This document shows, in pieces, positions 26,160 through 31,418 of a DNA stretch of 31,418 bases (positions are counted from its first letter, which is position 1; every line of letters starts with the position of its first letter). The stretch is from a virus. Its lineage: Duplodnaviria > Caudoviricetes. The position numbers and the translations under genes are program-made. Under the pieces are notes generated by a model that was not told where the DNA came from, did no database searches, and saw nothing but the letters and a program-made list of their open reading frames with translations. The stretch lies in IMG/VR virus record IMGVR_UViG_3300033076_000437, positions 1 to 31,418 of that record; one strand, written 5' to 3'.

Positions 26160-26309
26160 TCACCAATGCCTAATAACACCTGCTACAATGAACAGGTTAG
26201 TAATAATATAACAAGCAACGATCAGTGTTCTAATGAGAGCGATCTTATCCGCTTCACGATCATCTTTACCGTGCTTTTCACCAAGAGCTTTTGCCCACAA
26301 TCGCCACAT
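26160..26309 (-). CDS. Conserved small membrane protein of T4-like phages (49 aa)
   Basis: Hand translation MWRLWAKALGEKHGKDDREADKIALIRTLIVACYIITNLFIVAGVIRHW; AGGAG SD. Confidence 0.8.
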   Translation of the reverse strand: MWRLWAKALGEKHGKDDREADKIALIRTLIVACYIITNLFIVAGVIRHW

Positions 26310-26457
26310 TCTCAGTCACTCCTTCACACCATTCAAGTGCGGCTTGTCTAGCATCTTCTAAATGTTTGAACATACCGACTGATGGTACTAACTCATAATT
26401 ATTGTCGATGAAGTCTACACACCAGAATTCATCTTTGCTATAAATCTTTGCTTGCAT
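26278..26457 (-). CDS. Small hypothetical protein (59 aa)
   Basis: Hand translation MQAKIYSKDEFWCVDF...; TAATG overlap with the dexA stop. Confidence 0.6.
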   Translation of the reverse strand: MQAKIYSKDEFWCVDFIDNNYELVPSVGMFKHLEDARQAALEWCEGVTENVAIVGKSSW

Positions 26458-27059
26458 TAATTAATAGCCTGTGCTAGAGTTTGCATACGCATAACATCCA
26501 TAACGATATCATGGCGTGGATCATGTTTGACGAACTTTGCTTGAAGTTCTTCAGATGGAACGAAGCTATTCTTAAGTCCAGAACCAAATGACATACCCTC
26601 AATGTATGAGCGTGTATCACGAATAGATCCCCAATGCATAGGATTTACTTTTCCACAATTAGCCAACACTGAATCCAAAAAGATAGGATCAAAGGTGTTA
26701 CCACGAGTAAAAGCTTTCTCATGATTAGCGACATCGATATTATCAACTATGAATTGATATAGTTCTGAGATAGACTTATCATTAGGTGATGGCTTCAGTT
26801 GACTCTCTTGAGCATCCTTACCTTGTTCAGCCCACCAATCCAAAGTTTCTTTAGTGATGGTGCGTTTGTAAACTTTCACTTGTTCTTCAACATTGAACTT
26901 AATGTATTTTGTATTGGCCAATAGTTCTTCATAAGTGTATGGATTACTTACGTAACGGCTTTCACTAAATGAAAGAATAGCGAATGATAGAACAACACTG
27001 TGTTGCTGATCTTGACCTAGAGTTTCAAAGTCGTAGATTGTACACTCGTTCATTTCCAC
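26457..27059 (-). CDS. dexA: DEDD 3'-5' exonuclease, DexA-like
   Basis: IYDFETLG, RGNTFD, IRDTRS, HDPRHD. Confidence 0.85.
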   Translation of the reverse strand: MEMNECTIYDFETLGQDQQHSVVLSFAILSFSESRYVSNPYTYEELLANTKYIKFNVEEQVKVYKRTITKETLDWWAEQGKDAQESQLKPSPNDKSISELYQFIVDNIDVANHEKAFTRGNTFDPIFLDSVLANCGKVNPMHWGSIRDTRSYIEGMSFGSGLKNSFVPSEELQAKFVKHDPRHDIVMDVMRMQTLAQAIN

Positions 27060-27988
27060 TCCGAATTAGCCATGACTTCAGTCATACATGCAACCACATT
27101 AAGTTCATGGTCTGCAACAAAGGCATTCTTATATTGGTAGTCTGCAAGGATAAGAATCACTTGTGGAATTGATTGAGGTTGTAGATACTCATTCAGATTG
27201 TCATAGATCTTACGGAAGACTGCATGTGGTTCTGTATCAATGTTATTGACAACCCATTCACGCATACCTTTAAAGTTCTTAGCCTTAAGCGCAGTCATTA
27301 GATCTTTAATAGACTTGTCGTTTAACGTAACAAGAATACCTTCATCGATAGATCCACTAATGCTATAGCGTTGTGCTTCATTTAAAACACGACGCCAATC
27401 AGGTGCATGCTTCATGATTAGTTCAGCAAGCACTGGTTCTTCAAAAGTGATACCTTCTTTAGTGAGGATATCCTTTAGGCGATTTAAGAATTGACCACAT
27501 AGACCTGCCAATAACTTCTTATCAAACTTGAAGTCGATAACACCACAACGTGAGTGAAGAGGCTCAATGATACGATTCTTAAAGTTACATGTTAGAATGA
27601 ATCGGCAGTTGTCTGCAAATTCTTCAATGAAACCACGAAGAGCTGGTTGTGTAGATTGAGGATTTAGATAATCAGCCTCATCTAGGATAACGCATTTATA
27701 TCCACCAGCGAGTGAAACAGTAGATGCGAACTGACGGATCTTTGTACGAAGCGTATCAATGTTACCTTCTTCAGACCCGTTGATAACGATATAGTCGATA
27801 CCAAGTTGTTCGCACAGTGCCCGAGCAACTGTAGTCTTACCAAGACCCGCAGTACCAGCAAACATTAAGTTTGGCAGCTCACCGCTGTCGACGATCTGCT
27901 GAAATGTATCCTTCAGTTGCTTAGGAAGGATACATTCAGAGATAGTCTTTGGTCGATACTTTTCTACCCACAAAAATTGATCTTGCAT
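27050..27988 (-). CDS. 44: Clamp loader large subunit gp44
   Basis: WVEKYRP, GTAGLGKTT, ILDEAD, LHSRC. Confidence 0.95.
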   Translation of the reverse strand: MQDQFLWVEKYRPKTISECILPKQLKDTFQQIVDSGELPNLMFAGTAGLGKTTVARALCEQLGIDYIVINGSEEGNIDTLRTKIRQFASTVSLAGGYKCVILDEADYLNPQSTQPALRGFIEEFADNCRFILTCNFKNRIIEPLHSRCGVIDFKFDKKLLAGLCGQFLNRLKDILTKEGITFEEPVLAELIMKHAPDWRRVLNEAQRYSISGSIDEGILVTLNDKSIKDLMTALKAKNFKGMREWVVNNIDTEPHAVFRKIYDNLNEYLQPQSIPQVILILADYQYKNAFVADHELNVVACMTEVMANSEWK

Positions 27989-28017
27989 TCAAAACTCCAT
28001 AATAAAATAGTTGGGTA

Positions 28018-28281
28018 TTAAGCTGTTAATGATTCGTACAGGTGTTCAACTTCAGCTTGTTCATCTTTAACTTGCTGGAAGTTTTGTTTGTGATAGATCT
28101 TTGCTAGAGTGCGTGTGTACTTTGGTGGAAGCTCATACTTATCTTTAACAGCCTTAAGTGTTTCAGAGATAAGATCACGTTCTGCTTCCATACGTGTCAT
28201 TGAATTAGAGATCTCGCGCAATGCATCGTACACTGCTTTACGATCTGCTGGATTACTGAGCTTCTGCGCTAGTAGACTCAT
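28018..28281 (-). CDS. dsbA: dsDNA-binding protein, T4 DsbA-like
   Basis: EISNSMTRMEAERDLI...LAKIYHKQNF...EHLYE pattern; start uncertain. Confidence 0.7.
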   Translation of the reverse strand: MSLLAQKLSNPADRKAVYDALREISNSMTRMEAERDLISETLKAVKDKYELPPKYTRTLAKIYHKQNFQQVKDEQAEVEHLYESLTA

Positions 28282-28447
28282 TAGTTTGCTCCTTCGATGT
28301 TGCTTCAACTTGTTTTACAAATTCTACGATACGTTCACGTAGATCGCCAACTGGCTTAAGATCGGCACCTTTAAAGACACCTTTTTCTGAACTTAGATCA
28401 ATAACTTTAACCATCATGGCTAAGTCTTGAATATTTAATGATGCCAT
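28253..28447 (-). CDS. Small hypothetical protein
   Basis: 64 aa, directly downstream of gene 45. Confidence 0.7.
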   Translation of the reverse strand: MASLNIQDLAMMVKVIDLSSEKGVFKGADLKPVGDLRERIVEFVKQVEATSKEQTNESTSAEAQ

Positions 28448-28448
28448 A

Positions 28449-29123
28449 TTACGCCTCGTATGTTGAAGACTTTTCTAGTGCAATCCAATACTCAACTGGA
28501 AGAGTCTTATGTTTAAAGTGGGAAATAAGTTTACCAGAGATGTTGACATCGTAATCACCTGGAATTAATTTAAAGTTGCTGATGTCAAAGTGGAACTTGA
28601 ACGTATGACCATTGTTGTTACCATCAACTTCAGTGCCATAGGAATTAGATGTTGAGTTCTTTGGATCTTTAACACGTACAACGATACCAGAGCCGGCGTC
28701 TTCTACAGAGATAGTGCTAACATTTAAAAGAGATGTAGCTTTACGCAATGCACCTAGTGTGTCCTGAGTAAGTACAAAGGATACATCAATTGGAGGCATT
28801 GCCACGTCTTTTTGTGGATGTGTTAGTGATGATTCATCAGAGAAGAAATATGTAAGTGATGACTTACCTTCTGAGATTGTTGCACTCTTACCATTAGCAT
28901 CAAATGAGAATGTTGGATTAGCAAACAAACTGATTGAAGATAAGAAGTCGGCTAAGTCATAGATGCCGAAGTCCTGAGGAATAGTCTCAGGGATTGTTGC
29001 CTTAGCTACGATGTTCTTAGCTTCGGCGATTGTTTTGAGTTCATTACCTGCACGAAAAACAATGTTCGGCTGGATTGCCGCAAAGTTCTTCAGCACGTTA
29101 ATGGTATCGTTTGAAAGATTCAT
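28449..29123 (-). CDS. 45: Sliding clamp gp45
   Basis: LS.DTINVLKNFAAI, FGIYDL, KLIPGDY, YWIALE. Confidence 0.95.
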   Translation of the reverse strand: MNLSNDTINVLKNFAAIQPNIVFRAGNELKTIAEAKNIVAKATIPETIPQDFGIYDLADFLSSISLFANPTFSFDANGKSATISEGKSSLTYFFSDESSLTHPQKDVAMPPIDVSFVLTQDTLGALRKATSLLNVSTISVEDAGSGIVVRVKDPKNSTSNSYGTEVDGNNNGHTFKFHFDISNFKLIPGDYDVNISGKLISHFKHKTLPVEYWIALEKSSTYEA

Positions 29124-29149
29124 AATATATCCTATAGGTTATAATTAGC

Positions 29150-29180
29150 AATTATATCACAAGAGTTATAAAAAGTAAAC
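29150..29180 (-). promoter_or_regulatory. Early promoter of gene 45
   Basis: GTTTAC...CTTGTGATATAAT, T4 early-like -35. Confidence 0.8.
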
Positions 29181-29187
29181 AACTATT

Positions 29188-29532
29188 TTACTCTTTTGAA
29201 TATTTAACGTCATGTTCGTATAAGAACATTAGACAACAAAGAGCATGTGCTAGGTGATGCTTACCTGATTCAGGATCATTAGTCTCTCCCTCTTTCCACG
29301 CCCACACATGTCGTTGTAACGCATCGAAATAACGACGCTTAGAATCTGGCACATACTTCCAATTGTCCGGTTCATACTTTTCTGCGCCAAATGTAAGAAT
29401 CTCTGCCGTAGCTTTTAATGCTAACGGAGGCAGTAAACCATATTGAGGTTTACCACCATCAAATTTTCTACCACCTTCAGTAGCATTTTGAGACGCCTTA
29501 ACTGCGTCCTGGGTTTGCTTTTTAGTTGCCAT
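29188..29532 (-). CDS. dATP/dGTP diphosphohydrolase-like protein (DUF5664)
   Basis: GRKFDGGKP, LTFGAEKY..DNW, DPESGKHHLAHA; start moved to ATG 29532. Confidence 0.8.
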   Translation of the reverse strand: MATKKQTQDAVKASQNATEGGRKFDGGKPQYGLLPPLALKATAEILTFGAEKYEPDNWKYVPDSKRRYFDALQRHVWAWKEGETNDPESGKHHLAHALCCLMFLYEHDVKYSKE

Positions 29533-29695
29533 TCTTCTTCTCACAATTACATACACTTCTTCCTTGCCTGCAGTCACCGCCACAGCAACCACTTGTGAAG
29601 AAGTTTAAAATTCGTCTGAAAACGCTTTTGCGCTGGCGTTCTGCCTCAGCGTACTTCTGTAAGTCTTCTACTACTCTGGTCCACTCTTTGCTCAT
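29522..29695 (-). CDS. Small Cys-rich protein (57 aa)
   Basis: Hand translation MSKEWTRVVEDL...SGCCGGDCRQGRSVCNCEKKNGN; GGAG SD. Confidence 0.75.
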   Translation of the reverse strand: MSKEWTRVVEDLQKYAEAERQRKSVFRRILNFFTSGCCGGDCRQGRSVCNCEKKNGN

Positions 29696-29712
29696 AATAT
29701 ATTCTCCAAAGT

Positions 29713-29753
29713 AAAAAAGACTACGAGGATAGGTGTCCAGCCTCCCCGTAGTC
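29713..29753 (-). terminator. Rho-independent terminator
   Basis: GACTACGGGGA...TCCTCGTAGTC followed by T6. Confidence 0.8.
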
Positions 29754-29764
29754 CTACTCTCAAA

Positions 29765-30022
29765 TTAACGTGAGAATACGTCAGCACCAACCAAGCGGCT
29801 TGCAATAGCAACCATACGGCGGCTAGGTGTACCTAAGCGGAACTTAGTAGTTTGTTCGCCAGTGTACAATGTTGCTGGGTTGCCATAGATGCAATGACCA
29901 GCTTCACGCAAGTTACGTACTGCAGAGTACGCATCTTTGATACCAAAAGTTGAAGAGATCTGCTTAGCAGTATACTCATTGCCATTTTGGAAAGCGGTTA
30001 AAAGTTTAGCTTGCTTGCTCAT
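29765..30022 (-). CDS. Winged helix-turn-helix DNA-binding protein
   Basis: Start moved to ATG 30022 (GGAG SD); YTAKQISSTFGI...AVRNLREAGH.IY...FRLG. Confidence 0.75.
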   Translation of the reverse strand: MSKQAKLLTAFQNGNEYTAKQISSTFGIKDAYSAVRNLREAGHCIYGNPATLYTGEQTTKFRLGTPSRRMVAIASRLVGADVFSR

Positions 30023-30045
30023 AAAATAAAACTCCATTACGTAAT

Positions 30046-30095
30046 AGCACTCAAATTCACCAGTGATAGGAAGAGGGAGTGCTGTTTCCTCTTCC
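30046..30095 (-). ncRNA. Candidate H-type RNA pseudoknot upstream of the wHTH gene
   Basis: S1 GGAAGAGG/CCTCTTCC (8 bp), S2 AGCACTC/GAGTGCT (7 bp), all Watson-Crick. Confidence 0.65.
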
Positions 30096-30108
30096 AAGGT
30101 GTTTTCTT

Positions 30109-31248
30109 TTAGAACGGTACGGGTTCGTCCGTATCATCCCGCTCAATAAGTTGTTCTGGTTGTTCAGTTGGTTTACTATCAACCTTAGTGTATAGATCAA
30201 GGAAGGCTACACGAGTATCTTCATCAAATCGAGAGATACACAATTCAATTGCTTTCTTACGATCACCAAAGATTCCATAAGTACGAGCAATGTGAACTAA
30301 ACGACGAGTAGAGATTAGATCATCTACGCCACCTTCTTCGTAAGTTTTACGAATGATCTCAGCCCAAGTAACTAGGTTATTTGCAAAGTCACCATCTAGG
30401 TTGCCATAGACATCCATAGCATTGATGATGATTTTCTTTTCAACAGCTGTTGAAGGATAAGGTTGCTCTAGTGTTGCAATGAATCGTTCAAGGAATGCTT
30501 CGTCAAGAATACGAGCACCAGTGAATCGTCCATCTTCACTACCACGACCCTTTGTGTTTGCTGTAGCAAGTACGTTAAAACCGCGGGCTGGATTGACTAC
30601 TGCGCCGGTCTTCTTAATATACAATGGCTTACCTTCAAGTACTGCCTGCAAGCACATTAGTTTATTAGAACCGCGATCGATTTCGTCAATCAGACATACC
30701 GCGCCTTGCTTCATAGCCTGTGGGATAGGACCATCACACCACACAGTTTCACCGTTAACAAGACGGAAGCCACCAATGAGATCATCCTCATCGGTTTCTT
30801 CAGTGATGTTAACACGAACATACTTACGCTTGGCTTCAGCGCATGCTTGTTCGACCATCATAGTCTTACCATTGCCTGATAGACCAGCAATGAAGACTGG
30901 ATAGAAAGCAAGTGATTCAATAACTTGCTTTACGTCGCGGTAGAATCCCCACGACACATATGTTTTATCTTTTTCAGGTACTTCGATTTTCACTTGTTCA
31001 AACACCGATTGTGTAATTTTTTCTGAAGTGTTTTCTACTTCTACAGGTTCTACTTGTTTCACTAGTGATAACATTTCAATTTGGTATTGACCGCGGCCAA
31101 CACGATTTTCTGGACGCATACAAAATCCTGGAAATGGCATACCCATATCTGCTGCATGGTCTGCCAATTCATTACGATCGAAAATTGATCGGCCAGGATA
31201 TTTTGCACCTAGCGATTTTACAAATGCTTGCTTAATCTCTGCTTTCAT
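30109..31248 (-). CDS. MoxR/CobS-type AAA+ ATPase
   Basis: GLSGNGKT, LIDEID, ATANTKGRG, EAFLERF, ISTRRLV. Confidence 0.9.
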   Translation of the reverse strand: MKAEIKQAFVKSLGAKYPGRSIFDRNELADHAADMGMPFPGFCMRPENRVGRGQYQIEMLSLVKQVEPVEVENTSEKITQSVFEQVKIEVPEKDKTYVSWGFYRDVKQVIESLAFYPVFIAGLSGNGKTMMVEQACAEAKRKYVRVNITEETDEDDLIGGFRLVNGETVWCDGPIPQAMKQGAVCLIDEIDRGSNKLMCLQAVLEGKPLYIKKTGAVVNPARGFNVLATANTKGRGSEDGRFTGARILDEAFLERFIATLEQPYPSTAVEKKIIINAMDVYGNLDGDFANNLVTWAEIIRKTYEEGGVDDLISTRRLVHIARTYGIFGDRKKAIELCISRFDEDTRVAFLDLYTKVDSKPTEQPEQLIERDDTDEPVPF

Positions 31249-31299
31249 AGTATGGACACCTTCTCAAAAATTACATCATATAAATTGCTGCAATACTAC

Positions 31300-31329
31300 T
31301 ATTATATCACAAGTAATGCCCGTTGTACA
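31300..31329 (-). promoter_or_regulatory. Early promoter, identical to 18483-18512
   Basis: TGTACAACGGGCATTACTTGTGATATAATA. Confidence 0.85.
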
Positions 31330-31334
31330 GGACT

Positions 31335-31418
31335 TTATGCCATTGAATCTACAAAGGCATTCAAGAAGATACGATTAACCCGCTTTTGCTTGGTGATCTT
31401 TGTAAAGGCAGTCTTCAG
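31335..31418 (-). CDS. 3' end of an upstream gene, probably the VWA-domain partner of the AAA ATPase
   Basis: ...LKTAFTKITKQKRVNRIFLNAFVDSMA*; product inferred from position and recalled C-terminal pattern only. Confidence 0.5.
   Translation of the reverse strand: MKTAFTKITKQKRVNRIFLNAFVDSMA

Noticed and set aside
30045-30084. CIRCE (HrcA operator)-like TAGCACTC...GAGTGCT
   Set aside because: Arms are 24 bp apart rather than 9; better explained as pseudoknot stem 2
30023-30120. -1 frameshift or readthrough fusing the AAA ATPase to the wHTH via the pseudoknot
   Set aside because: The -1 frame is open, but there is no slippery heptamer before the TAA; in-frame readthrough soon hits another stop; the wHTH gene has its own SD
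1846-30904. All plus-strand ORFs in the track (e.g. 1846..2100, 13367..13711, 20188..20580, 30479..30904)
   Set aside because: They are antisense shadows of well-supported minus-strand genes, with no recognisable motifs or plus-strand expression signals
1-31418. tRNA genes, CRISPR arrays, transposases, homing endonucleases and stop-codon reassignment
   Set aside because: None recognised by eye; intergenic gaps are short and core genes read full-length in the standard code. tRNAscan-SE was not run

Overview
A 31.4-kb segment of a large T4-like (myovirus-type) phage genome. Essentially all genes are on the minus strand. The right part (8174-31418) is an early/replication block: MoxR/CobS-type AAA ATPase, gp45, dsbA, gp44, dexA, gp62, regA, hsp20, gp43, an AEP-type primase, uvsX, gp41 and thyX. 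It also holds a compact cytosine-hypermodification operon: gp42-like dCMP hydroxymethylase, dCMP deaminase, a minimal UDG-fold protein, alpha-glucosyltransferase and a C5-MTase-like protein with a degenerate SAM-binding motif. This block carries eight copies of a TGTACA/TTTAC-N17-TATAAT early promoter, three of which appear to give leaderless mRNAs. The left part (1-8069) follows a terminator and a TATAAATA late promoter. Its proteins carry T4 internal-protein-like N-terminal capsid-targeting motifs and repeated (V/I/L)xE prohead-protease-like sites. They include a ligase-like KxDG nucleotidyltransferase, a HIGH-family nucleotidyltransferase and modular proteins with repeated ESVELDEA linkers, which suggests a packaged and proteolytically released enzyme cargo. 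Two candidate structured RNAs, a 14-bp inverted repeat and a candidate overprinted gene were also found. All assignments come from motif recognition by eye; no searches were run.
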